Shown piece by piece: positions 11,790 to 22,769 of a DNA stretch of 47,007 nt (positions within the stretch are counted from its first letter, which is position 1; every line of letters begins with the position of its first letter). Position numbers and translations under genes: made by a program. Source of the DNA: Malacoraja senta (Eukaryota); contig JAXLNO010000434.1 of the NCBI GenBank assembly GCA_038087875.1, positions 1 to 47,007 of the forward strand, in the 5' to 3' direction. The notes beneath the pieces are model-generated. The model was not told where the DNA came from. It did not search any database and saw only the letters and a list, made by a program, of their open reading frames with translations.

Positions 11790-12655
11790 TGGACACAGGT
11801 ATACACGGCCACACGCACAATGCCAAGCTCAGGCCTGTTCAGACAATTAATTATCAAACTGATCCTGGATTCGTTAGAAACATAGATAGAAACATAGAAA
11901 ATAGGTGCAGGAGGAGGCCATTCGGCCCTTCGAGCCAGCACCGCCATTCATTGTGATCATGGCTGATCGTCCCCAATCAATAACCCGTGCCTGCCTTCGC
12001 CCCATACCCCTTGACTCCACTAGCCCCTAGAGCTCTTTCTAACTTCATTTCCATACCCCTGGTCACATTAGTCTTCAGTTCCCTCTTGTCCACAAGGAAC
12101 TTCGCTTGTATGTATTTAACAAATGGACATCATCGTTTTCTGGAGGAGAGGGTACTCTCCATGCAGATATATCTGAGAGAGTAAATTACATCTCATCCCA
12201 GTCACTCCAAGGTGAATTGATAATCTGAACTTCTGATCCCAACGTAGTCATTCTTATACCCGTTGTTTATTGCTTTGATGGTCTACCCTGTCAGGACGTC
12301 GCAGTCCCACAAATCAATGTCAATAAATTAACTTGTTGTTCTTAGCAACTGTACACAGTTGAGGATCTGATTAAATGGTGATCGTCTCACAGCTACTTTA
12401 TGCTCTGGATAAATCTCGACTTGGACTCTACACCGCTTCAAAGGTAAGTATCACCTTCAATAAAAGAGAAAGCCAGTGCATAATATTCTGTGGATGTGAT
12501 TCAATAATTGGGTAGCATGGACACAGAGAGTTGCTGGGTCTGTTTCTCTGCTGTGTGACTATGACTCTTGGTCCAGTCTCTGCATGTTTCTCCACATCTG
12601 GTATCACCGTCAGTAGTTATAGCTGGACTGTACTGCGATGCCCTTGTGTGTCCCA
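11790..12655 (-). pseudogene. Decayed block C2 plus block L2 of the triplicated unit, split by a HER1 fragment
   Basis: Aligns with 7785-8525: PAITTDGDTRCGETCRDWTKSHSHTAEKQ...EYYALA...VEIYPEHKVAVR...IHLGVTGMRCNLLSQIYL. A 20 bp stretch (cagtcactccaaggtgaatt) is identical in both copies. Confidence 0.62.
11877..12042 (-). mobile_element. HER1/CR1 3' UTR fragment
   Basis: Same 3' UTR and tagaaaca tail as the other HER1 copies. Confidence 0.85.
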
Positions 12656-12964
12656 GCTGTAGGGAGAAGTGAGGACTTTATTCCCTGGAGCGAAGGAAGC
12701 TGAGGGGTGATGATACAAAGAGTGTTAAATCATGAGACGAATAATTAGGATGAATGCAGTCTTTTATCCAGGATGGAGAATCAAAAATCAGATATCATAG
12801 GTTTAAGGTGAGAGGGGCAAGATTTATAAGGAACCTGAAGTGAAGACTTGACACAAAGATGGTGCTGAGTATAAGGGACAAACTTAGGTAAGATAATTTA
12901 CTTCTGACATTACATATGAGTTTTCTGAGTCTGCTGAGTATATTATGTTTTATGTTGTATTGCA

Positions 12965-13950
12965 AATGCCCGGCAATTAATACGGTCCACGATACGGTAT
13001 CGGGTGTTTTACTGTGTTACATAGATACATAGAAAATAGGTGCAGGAGTAGGCCATTCGGCCCTTCGAGCCTGCACCGCCATTCAATATGATCATGGCTG
13101 ATCATCCAACTCAGTATCCCGTACCTGCCTTCTCTCCATACCCCCTGATCCCCTTAGCCACAAAGGCCACATCTAACTCCCTCTTAAATATAGCCAATGA
13201 ACTGGCCTCAACTACCCTCTGTGGCAGAGAGTTCCAGAGATTCACCACTCTCTGTGTGAAAAAGTTTTTCCTCATCTCGGTCTTAAAGGATTTCCCCCTT
13301 ATCCTTAAGCTGTGATCCCTTGTCCTGGACTTCCCCAACATCGGGATCAATCTTCCTGCATCTAGCCTGTCCAACCCCATAAGAATTTTGTACGTTTCTA
13401 TAAGATCCCCTCTCAATCTCCTAAATTCTAGCGAGTATAAGCCAATTCTTCCAGCCGCGCCCACTCGTCACCTTGTCTTCGCATTTGTCCAACAGTTCAT
13501 TTGTAGTTAACCGCCATTCAACACCTTCTCTTGTTTAATCAATACTGTTTCCATTACATGAACATTCTTAGAGCCATCGTAGTACGAACACCCCGCTCTG
13601 TTCATGGTTGTTACTTATATCAGATCATTAGATCAGGTAAGGTGAGGCTGGTCTATTATTGTCACATGTTCCTCGTTGCAGCGGAAAGCGTGGCTTTGCA
13701 CGCTATCTATTCAGTCCATATATGCCATACATCGATACATCAATTAAAGTCCTGTAGTTGGAACGTGGAGGGAGATACATAATGCAGAGTATAGTGTATT
13801 ATATAGTATATCGTGCTGAATATTGTTGGTTATTCCCGTCAAACCATGAATTCTCCGTGTAATTATGAGAATCAATAACCTTAGTTCAAGTCACATTGTA
13901 TAATTCAGTTCTCCGTCCAACTGGACAAGTGCAGTTGGACAATTCGAGTT
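12965..13950 (-). pseudogene. Decayed blocks A3/B3 of the triplicated unit, interrupted by HER1
   Basis: Strong minus-strand acceptor (ctttgtttgtgtttttacag) at 13951; B frame TREGVEWRLTTNELLDKCEDKVT; homologous to 5935-6490. Confidence 0.6.
13019..13445 (-). mobile_element. Young HER1/CR1 3' fragment
   Basis: Nearly identical to 4060-4480; ORF 13111..13464 GLYSLEFRRLRGDLIETYKI. Confidence 0.95.
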
Positions 13951-15381
13951 CTGTAAAAACACAAACAAAGAATGTGTGTAAAAATATTATTTAAATGTGC
14001 ATGTGTATAACTGGAACAATGGAACAATACGCCATGAAATATCCCCCTGGGATCGCGATGTTGTAGACAATTAAGATGAGAGGCGTTTTAGGTTTGAGCT
14101 TCAGGTTTAAGTTTGTTGTTGTTACACGAGTATATGTGAAAAGCGATATGGTGCATACTATCCAAACACATCAGATATACCATATATAGACAGTATGTTC
14201 AAATTCGAGGACATCGAGTGGTGGGGATATGGATTCACATGGAGAATGAGGTACCAGAGGAGGTCGTTGAGGAAGTCATTGTTACAACCTTGCAATGGCA
14301 GTTAGACTGCTTGGTGGATAGGAACGATTTGGGGATATGTGGGTGAAAGATGGGTTGGAGTGATTAGTGTGGATGGGGCACATCGGTCGGCAGCTGGGAC
14401 GAAAGGTCTGTTACCATATCCTCTGACAATATATAGAGCCATGTGGAAGATACAGGGTGCAGCATATAGTTCGCACCATTGAGCGGATTGCAGTGCATAC
14501 GTTACTTGGAGGAACTGACCGGTCTGGACACGTCTTTGATTACGTTTTGTTTCCGAGGCAGCGTGAAGTGTAGATGGAGTCAATGGTGGGACGTCCGGTC
14601 TGTGTGATGGGTTGGGCTATATTTAAAACTGCAATTTCTCGCGGTCTTGGCAGACCAGTTACCACTCCAATCTGTGGTGCAACCTGACAATATGCTTTCC
14701 ACGATATATCCCGAGAATCTTGTCAGAGTCACTAGTGACAAGCCACATTTCCCCAGACTCCTCCTGAAGTAGAGGCGTTGATGTGCCTTCTTGGAAGTCG
14801 CATCAATGTGATTACCCCGCGACAGATCGTTGGTAATGTAACTCCATGCAACTTGAGCTTTCGACCATTTTCAATTCCATACCATTGATGCAGATGTGGG
14901 TTGTACTCCACCATGCTTCATGAAGTCAATAATTACCTCCTTCAACTTGCTGGCATTGAAAGAGGGGTTATTGTCCTGACACTATGTCACTACGTTCACT
15001 ATCTTCGTCTTCTACTCCATCTCCACGTTGCACATTATTTGACCCTTCCCATTTGTATCATCGGCAAACTCGTAGATACAATAAGAGCCGTGTTTGGCCG
15101 CACGGTGGCGAGTGTAAATGAGGTATGGTGGAGGACTGAAAACCAATACTTGCAGGCTCTTGTGTTATTCTGGAGGAAGTGTAATCTATAATCACTGACT
15201 GATGACTGTTAGTGCTGAAATCAAGCATTCACTGGAAGAGGGGGAAAAGATACCTCGGTCCCGGAGTTTGGAGAAGCTAACCACCCCATCCTTTTGCGCA
15301 TACATGTACACATTGCTAAACGCATACAATAAAGTTCGAGTCTGTTCTTATTTTCAATATTATCCGTGAACTGAACTAGGC

Positions 15382-16103
15382 ACCAGTAGTGGCTGCCTCG
15401 CCAGCAGGGTGTCTGTCCTTGCTACTTTTTTCTTATTTTAATGTGTTCAAAAGTATGTTTTAGTGTTCCTGGTTTTGTTTTATGTGGGGTTGTGTGTGTG
15501 TGTGTGTGTGGGGGGGCTTTTATTCAATCTCTTACTTCGACGGAGAAGCGATTATTTTCCGTATCCTGTCTCCGTCCGCACTGTGCCCTAACACCGTGGA
15601 GTTGGCGGCCTTTCCTGGAGACCGATCCGGCGCTCCAAGCCACGGGAGTCTGTGGGACTATAACATCGCGGAACTTGCGATGCTTTGCCGGGGATCGAAG
15701 CTCCAACCGCGGGTACTGTGGACGTTAACATCGTGGATCCCGCTGTCTCTGGTAAGAAGAGGCCGACTCGGGAGCTCCATGCCGCGGGGGGAGTTTCAAC
15801 CGCCCCGACGCGGGAGTTATGATCACCCCGACGGGGGCTTCGATCGTCGGCTGCGGGGCTCTGATCGCCCCGACTGCGGATGGTTTAACTGACCCGACCG
15901 CGGAGTATGAAGAGGAAGAAGATTGGACTTGTTTACCTTCTTTCACAGTGAGTAATGTGGGGAATCCGCTGTGGTGGATGTTTACGTTAACTTTTATGTA
16001 ATTGTGTGTCTTGTTGCTTTTGTTTCGTATGGCTGAATGGTAATTCGCATATCACTGCACCGTCATTGGTACATGTGACAATAAAGGTCCTTTGAATCAT
16101 TTG
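15382..16103 (+). mobile_element. Probable non-autonomous retroelement with a Rex1-like 3' tail
   Basis: CpG-rich body with no credible ORF, ending in tgtgacaataaa followed by (ctttgaa)-like repeats resembling the Rex1 3' end at 26797-26850. Confidence 0.5.
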
Positions 16104-16346
16104 ATCGGTTCGAAGTTCTGTTCTTCGCTCCTCAAACAATGAAGCTGTGATCCAATAATTACCGGAGGTTGTGCAAATTGCAGCTTTTCAATGATAGGGA
16201 CATCAGGTGGGTGGCAAGAGATCTGCATGCGAACGGGCACGAATCCATCAATGTCATTTATGGATAACTTGCAGGTTCCGCGTGTATGTTGGGTAATTTG
16301 CTACGTTTCCCGGATCAGAAGGAAAGTGCTACTTTTTGTCTCCATT

Positions 16347-16418
16347 CTCCAGTAGACGATGGTGGCAAACCAGCTGCCTCCCAAGATGTCGACCGGAATT
16401 CGATCCCTGGCCTCCGCA
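16347..16418 (+). pseudogene. Degenerate tRNA-Gly-like sequence (copy 1)
   Basis: cagctgcctcccaag..gtcgacc..aattcgatccctggcctccgca resembles the 3' two-thirds of vertebrate tRNA-Gly(TCC); paralog of 17184-17255. Confidence 0.5.
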
Positions 16419-17183
16419 GTTGACCCGATCCAGGTGAAGCCCGCCTACCGAGAGCTTTGGAGATTTCGTTCAGATTCCAATTACTACCCATTTTAATAAT
16501 AATAAGGAATGGTGAATTGCGGTAAACGGGACTCAATGACAAATTATTATTCACTGTGATCTAGTCGTTGGGTCAGGGATGCAATTCCCGCCCCTCTCAT
16601 TTTCCCGGTAAAACGGTGAACCTACGAGGGCATCTTCCTGGCCTCTTTATTGCAGAATCCTACAGAAATCGATGGAAGATCCCGACATGTCTCGACGATA
16701 GGTTCAGATGGTGTGACGCCTGTTTCTTCAAACGATAACCTGATGAAAATCTTCTTGCCATTGCTGTTATTCGTTTGTACCCGCTCCCTGATGGTTTTAC
16801 AGCTTCGCTGAAATGTGGCGCCCTGTTTAAACACAATACTCCAACATACACAGAACATGATGGCGAAAAGTCAGGCACCGCCAAGAGTCATAACGTCATA
16901 CAGTACTGAAACACCCTCTGGCCCAACTCGACCACACCATCTAAAATAGTCCATCAAAGCTTGAATGTTTGCCGAGTTCAATCCATATCTTACTCTAATC
17001 CTCCCCTATCTACCTGTCCAAAAGTTCACTTGAAATCTTTTTGTCCTTCCTCAACTACCTCATCTGGCACTCGTTCAGTATATCCAACATCCACAGTGTG
17101 AAAAACGTTCATTTTAAATATCTTTTATACGTCAGATCGCCACTGCTACCCGAATATGACAAAAACACAGTTTGCGTTTCCTT

Positions 17184-17255
17184 TCTTCAGTAGCACATGG
17201 TGACATACCAGCTGCCTCCCAGCAGTCGGGTGGAGTTCGATTCCCGGCCACCGCA
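17184..17255 (+). pseudogene. Degenerate tRNA-Gly-like sequence (copy 2)
   Basis: tggtgacataccagctgcctcccagcagtcgggtggagttcgattcccggccaccgca compared with tRNA-Gly(TCC) TGGTGAGCATAGCTGCCTTCCAAGCAGTTGACCCGGGTTCGATTCCCGGCCAACGCA. B box intact; acceptor stem not intact. Confidence 0.62.
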
Positions 17256-17339
17256 GTTGATCCAATCCACACGAAATCTGCCTCCCGGGAGCATCTTTAA
17301 TCTCTCCCTACTACATCTTTAATCTCTCCCATCTCCGTT

Positions 17340-17652
17340 CTGAGGCAACCACCTGCTTCAAGAAGACCACCATTATCCCTAACCGGAAGTAAAGCAAGAT
17401 ATCGTGCCCAAAGGACAACCGCATTGTGCCCTTGACATCTACCATCATGAATAGTTTCAGGAGACTATTAAATCATGTCTACCACGCGGCCTGGACGCAC
17501 TGCAGTTCGCCTACCGCCAGAACAGGTTCACGGGAGTTGCCATCACCCTCATCCCTGGAACACCTGGATAAGATACGTCAGACCCTGACAGCTACACAGC
17601 TCCTTGACTACAGCTCTGCCGTTAACACCGTTATACCATCCAGGTTCATCAC
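17340..17652 (+). mobile_element. Rex1/Babar RT fragment
   Basis: PTCFKKTTIIP, LTSTIM, LQFAYR and DYSSA.NTVIPS motifs match the Rex1 RT in this window. Confidence 0.8.
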
Positions 17653-17659
17653 CGAAATA

Positions 17660-18662
17660 GTTATATAGTTATACAGCTAGATAGCTAGGTAGCAACGGAG
17701 CTAGATAGCTAGGTAGACGGGTAGCAAATAGCTGGATAGCCAGCTAGATAGCTACATATCTGTGTAGATAGCTAGACAGATAGATAGTTAGATAGTGAAA
17801 TAGCTGGATAGCCAGCTAGATAGCTACATATCTATGTAGATAGCTAGACAGATAGATAGTGAAATAGCGAAATAGCTGGATTGACAGCTAGATAGTTAAA
17901 TATCTATGCAGATAGCTGGACAGATAGATAGTTAGATAGTGAAATAGCTGGATAGCCAGCTAGATAGCTACATATCTATGTAGATAGCTAGACCGATAGA
18001 TAGTTAGATAGTGAAATAGCTGGATAGACAGCTAGATAGCTACTTATCTATGTAGATAGCTAGATAGATAGATAGTTAGATAGTGAAATAGCTGGATTGA
18101 CAGCTAGATAGCTACATATCGGTGTATAAGAAGTTTTTAAGAAGTAACTGCAGATGCTGGAGAATCGAAGGTAGACAAAAGTGCTGGAGAAACTCAGCGG
18201 GTGCAGCAGCATCTATGGAGTGAACGAAATAGGCAACGTTTCGGGCCGAAACCCTTCTTCAGACAGAAACGCTTCTTCTGAAAAGCGTTTCGGCGCGATA
18301 CGTTGCCTATTTCCTTCGCTCCACAGATGCTGCTGCACCCGCTGAGTTTCTCCAGCACTTTTGTCTACCTACATATCGGTGTAGATAGCTAGACACATAG
18401 ATAGCTAGAAAGTTAGATAGCTAGATAACTAGCCAACAAGCTGGATAACTGGACAGCTAGATAGCTAACTCGCTAGATAGTTAGATTACTGGCTAGCCAG
18501 GTGGCTACATATATATGTAGATAGCTAGACAGATAGATAGAGAACTAGCTGGATAGATAGCTAGATAGCTACATATCTGTGTATATAGCTAGACAGATAG
18601 ATATCTAGAAAGTTAGATAGCCAGATAACTAGGCAACTAGCTAGATAACTGGGAAGCTAGAT
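17660..18662. repeat. GATA/GCTA-derived satellite with a 64-80 bp higher-order unit
   Basis: Recurrent unit gatagtgaaatagctggatagccagctagatagctacatatctatgtagatagctagacagatagatagtta. Confidence 0.92.
18127..18368. mobile_element. Palindromic Penelope-terminus element inserted in the satellite
   Basis: Inverted arms 18169-18262 and 18278-18370 match the Penelope end at 8531-8654. 15 bp direct repeat ctacatatcggtgta at 18112-18126 and 18369-18383. Confidence 0.85.
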
Positions 18663-18749
18663 AGTGGAACAGAAATGGCAGGGATTTCTGGGCATAATCC
18701 AGAAGACGCAGGATCATTTCATTCCAAAAAGGAAGAACGATTCTATGGG

Positions 18750-19920
18750 CAGCCTGTGGGCGATAAGCACAATGCAGCCGCTGGGTTACGCCCAGCTGTC
18801 GGTACAATTCTTTATTAATAGCGGCAATAACGTGAGGGCCGTTATCCGAACTGATGGTGTTTGGAACCCCAAAGCGAGGAACAAACTGCCGTAATAAAAT
18901 AGACTCCACCGTAGAAGCAGTGCAATCAGTGGTTGGAAAGGCTTCAATCCATCTAGTAAACACATCAACAATAACAAGCACATGTTTATAACACTGACAC
19001 TTAGGCAATTCAATAAAATCTATCTGTAAGGTTTCAAACGGAGCAGTAGGTAATGGAGTACGACCCGTCTGGCAGACAACTCCCTTACCAGGGTTGTGTG
19101 TAGCACAGGTGAGGCACCGTGCACTAGTTTGGGCTGCCAAAACCTTAAGTCGAGGATGCCACCATGCCTGTAAGAGAGCGTCTATAGCAAGGTGGCCCCA
19201 CAGTGAGTGGCTAGATGTAGGCAATCAACGACCCAGGTCGCTAACTGGTCTGTCATACAGGTCTGTCCGGCCGGCGTGAGCCACAGTCCGGAGTCAGCCT
19301 TCCGACAGCCCAGCTGCTCCCATCCCACTATAACATCAACAGAGGCGTCCCCCTGTAAGAGCAGTGCATCATTCATGGTTGGCATAGGTTTCTCAGATTC
19401 AGACGAGCCCACATAAAGGCTTTTCACCTGTCTCATCATACTGCCCACTACTTTAGATATTCCACGTGAAGCACACTTAGCCGCTTCGTCAGCCAACCTG
19501 TTACCGATTTGGACCGGGGAATCTCCTGTCGTGTGGGCCACACATTTGATTACGGCTACCGCAGAGGGCAGAAGGATAACATTCAACAGGTCAGAGACCA
19601 GGATCTGATTGGCAATCTTATGGCCCGTCGAGGTGAGGAATCCCCTATTTTTCCATAACTGTCCGAAATCGTGAACGATTCCGAATGCGTATCGGGAGTC
19701 GGTGTAAATATTGACGGAGCGCCCCTCCGCGAGAACACATGCTCGGGTGAGGGCAAACAACTCAGCCTGCTGAGCTGAAAACGGTGGGTCAAAACTGCCA
19801 CAATCCAGCAAGGTTCCATCTTGCTTAACTACCGTGAAGTCAAATGCTGGGTCTGGAGCTGTCCCAGTAGGGCGGTCACGGAGTGGGAGGAATATACAGT
19901 AACTTACCCCACTGCGTTCG
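18750..19920 (-). pseudogene. pol: ERV pol remnants: RT connection piece, RNase H, integrase
   Basis: VTVYSSHSVTALL; SAQQAELFALTRA, VNIYTDSRYAFG and GNRLADEAAK (RNase H); HLATHCG / CLTC zinc finger and QIDFIEL, VDVFTRWIEAFP, ISSDNGPH, LHCAYRPQ (integrase). Frameshifted and internally deleted. Confidence 0.95.
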
Positions 19921-19959
19921 ATTCAGGGATTGTCTGACCAAACTCCAGGCGTCCAAAGA

Positions 19960-21117
19960 CGGTTGCCAATGAACTCCACAAATCGTCCTGGGCACTGGAC
20001 TTTGTCCGGTGCCCCATTCAGGATTATCAACATATCGTTTGGTTTCCACGGAGCGTACACCTGGATGGTCGCAGGGGGCCCTCCTGCTACGACGGCCACC
20101 CCGGCGGCTGCAGGATTCGGGACCGTTCTCATTGGCATTTGCCTTGCGCGTGGGGGGTGCTTCTTCTTCCTAGCCCTTCTAGCCTCTTCCTCCTTCTCTC
20201 GTCTCCGTCTTCAGGTGCCATGTCCCATTCGGTCTCCCATTCGTCGTCATCGTCGGAGGTCGAAAAAGAGGAGCTGGAGGGGGATTGGGTTCACCGCTGT
20301 GCCATATTCTTTCTGGCTTTGGTCTGGGGGTTCAGCTTAGTTCTGCCTCCCACGGAGTCGGTAGATTGTAGGGGCAGCAGGAGAATACGGAGGGGGTCGG
20401 TCTGCTGGAGGGGCACTAGGGGCAACTGTATTACCTGTGGTCCCCCCTGAATGGGACCATCTTCTTCTGGGGTTCAGCGAGGGTATGGGTGATTTGGAAA
20501 CTGGTATTCGCTAAGGGCGAGGTTTAATCTTGGATCGGGTAGCGGGAATTGGAGGAGCGGACACGGGACTGGCAACGGGGGCAGGCTGGTTCAGCGGGGG
20601 TGCTCCACGGACTCTCCAATGGTAATCCTCTACCTCCTTCTCGTCGTCACCTCCCAAATCTATGCCAGCCACCGACTTACGTAAGTCTTCATCTATCTCG
20701 GCCTTATTTTGTCTGTCTCGCTCGTGGCGATCCTTATTCTCCTTAGCATGCCTACATTCCTGTTTTAATACTGTCACCGACTTCTCCTGACCCCCTTCCG
20801 TCAGGGGTATTCCTAGTTTCAAGGCATTACTCTGCCAACTGGCCGTTAAAGACCATGCCTTTTCCACGTTACAATGATCGATCCACAACTGAATGGCCTT
20901 CTTGTACTTACATTTTTTTTTTATTCCATATTACACTCTGAGCCCTTGACACCACACCCATATCCTTGGAACCCCCTTCAGGCCATTCATCCTTCCCCAG
21001 TTTATGGATGAGTCCTCCCGACATACGCCTGAAGGTCTCCTCCATTTCCGGATGCAAGAAACATAGCTGATGCAATGACCGGTCCGGGTGACAACTGATG
21101 TCTATACCATTACCCAT
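19960..21117 (-). pseudogene. gag: ERV gag (MA, late domain, start of CA), frameshifted and truncated
   Basis: ATG at 21117 gives MGNG (Gly2), WPEGGS matrix motif, RPPPYS late domain near 20385-20396 and VYAPWKPNDM at the capsid start; lies about 530 bp downstream of the PBS. Confidence 0.85.
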
Positions 21118-21650
21118 TTTTATACTTATACTATTACACACCAATACTTCAGGGTCAACCGTGAGTCCTTGCTTCCGCCGTATCTCACTCTGTCACTTCA
21201 ATTCCTGACCTTCGCATGGAGGATTTCCTCTCTTAACAACCAGTCTAAGGCGGACTTTCTGTGAGATACGGGGGTACCTTGGTCTCGGTTAACGTCTCAA
21301 TACTATTAATCGTTCGCCTTCTTCCCGACGATTCAATAACCATTACATTCCCATCCTACCACCAGTGCACTCCTTTTATATACCGTCGACGGTCCCCCTC
21401 TACGGGGTGTTTTATCCGCTCGATCAGACTAGGACAATCCTCGAGACGGCCCTATCCCAGTGCCCACAACCGTAACGTTCGGATGTCATGCCACCGACTG
21501 ACGCATGCCGGCGAATTACCCTGCTGCGCCGGGATACGAGGAAGGACCAAGAGGTGATTTAACTAAATCTACTCACTTGGCTGCGCAACCTTCACATCGA
21601 TCCCGTCGCCCAGTGGATTCACTCGCCGGCTCGATGAGCCGCTGGTTGAC

Positions 21651-21668
21651 ATCCCACTCCTGACACCA
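21651..21668 (-). promoter_or_regulatory. Primer binding site, tRNA-Leu(CAG)
   Basis: TGGTGTCAGGAGTGGGAT, 2 nt after the LTR end, is complementary to the 3' 18 nt of vertebrate tRNA-Leu(CAG). Confidence 0.92.
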
Positions 21669-21670
21669 AA

Positions 21671-22260
21671 TGTGAATCTCGGTTTTCGCTTACATCGGTT
21701 GTTTCGACAATAATCGACCGGACACCTGGGTTGGTTTAAACGTACGTTTATTCAGCAGGAGTCTTTACACAGGTTAGCAACCTAGCAAAGAGTCAAGCTC
21801 TATACATTTATTCGTAATGCCTTATATACTTTAATGCTACGGTTTATGCCTCCCATATTACCCAATCAAGCAACAAACACGTACGCAATGGTCAGGATAA
21901 CAGGCACGTACACAATGGTCAGGATAACAGGTACGTACATATAGGGAGATGTTATTTAGTGGAACAATACTAGAGATAAGACAAGTACATTCCTCAGGAT
22001 TTTGGGCGCTGCGGTTTGTATATTCCTCAGCCTTCTGAGCGCGGCGGTTTGTACATTCCTCAGCCTTCTGGGCGCCAGGCATCTCAGTCAGACGGGTGCG
22101 GGTATTACCATAGTCGCGAATATGCAGTAACAGCAGGACAATGTGTATTTCTCATGACCACAACTTCCTGAAACGTGCAGCTACATATTCAGCAACTTTC
22201 GTCAGCAGACATTTTATGTTTTAATTCAGTCCACCTGGCCAAACCATTGTACCTTCACAG
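21671..22260 (-). repeat. ERV LTR (5' role), lacking its first about 38 bp
   Basis: Reverse complement of 22808-23422, with scattered substitutions and one fewer 27 bp repeat. Confidence 0.95.
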
Positions 22261-22737
22261 AGGGGGGACCTGTACCGTCATAAAAGGGAAATGTATGATG
22301 GGGGTTCATGACAGGACTAGCAACATCACCCAACATCAGAAAGAGATTACCACCTTTTTGGATGGAATGAATGAAAACCAGGGATGGGGGAATTGGGGAT
22401 TTGGGGGATTATATAACTGGATTAACAGCATGGCCATCTATGCTGCTATAGTAGTTACTTATTTGTGGGGATTGCCATTGTGAAATGTATCATAGCCCGA
22501 TTAATGGCGGCTTTATCGGGTTTAGGGACCACCCCCGAGGAAGCTAAAAATTCTGTACGAATGATGATAATACAGCGTGAGCAGGAGAGACTGTTCTCAT
22601 TCCCCAACGACAGCGAAGACGATGAAGTGAGTGAGGAAGGAGAATTGAAGGAAAAGGGCCAAACGGTCCAAGAGGCCATGTCCAGGGAACTAGAAGGTTA
22701 CGAGATTTGGCGAATGGGACTTTTTAGTGGACTATGA
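22261..22737 (+). pseudogene. env: ERV env TM C-terminal fragment
   Basis: GGTCTVIKGKCM (CX6CC-like), Trp-rich membrane-proximal region, hydrophobic anchor with a frameshift near 22460, and a long acidic cytoplasmic tail; followed by the PPT. Confidence 0.85.
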
Positions 22738-22756
22738 GTGTTGCCATAAGAATGGC

Positions 22757-22769
22757 AAAAGGGGGGGAA
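22757..22769 (+). promoter_or_regulatory. Polypurine tract
   Basis: aaaagggggggaa immediately before the LTR TG. Confidence 0.9.

Noticed and set aside
16622..16884. Possible terminal exon on the minus strand with AATAAA
   Set aside because: Acceptor and poly(A) signal alone are weak evidence; no recognisable product and no paralog support.
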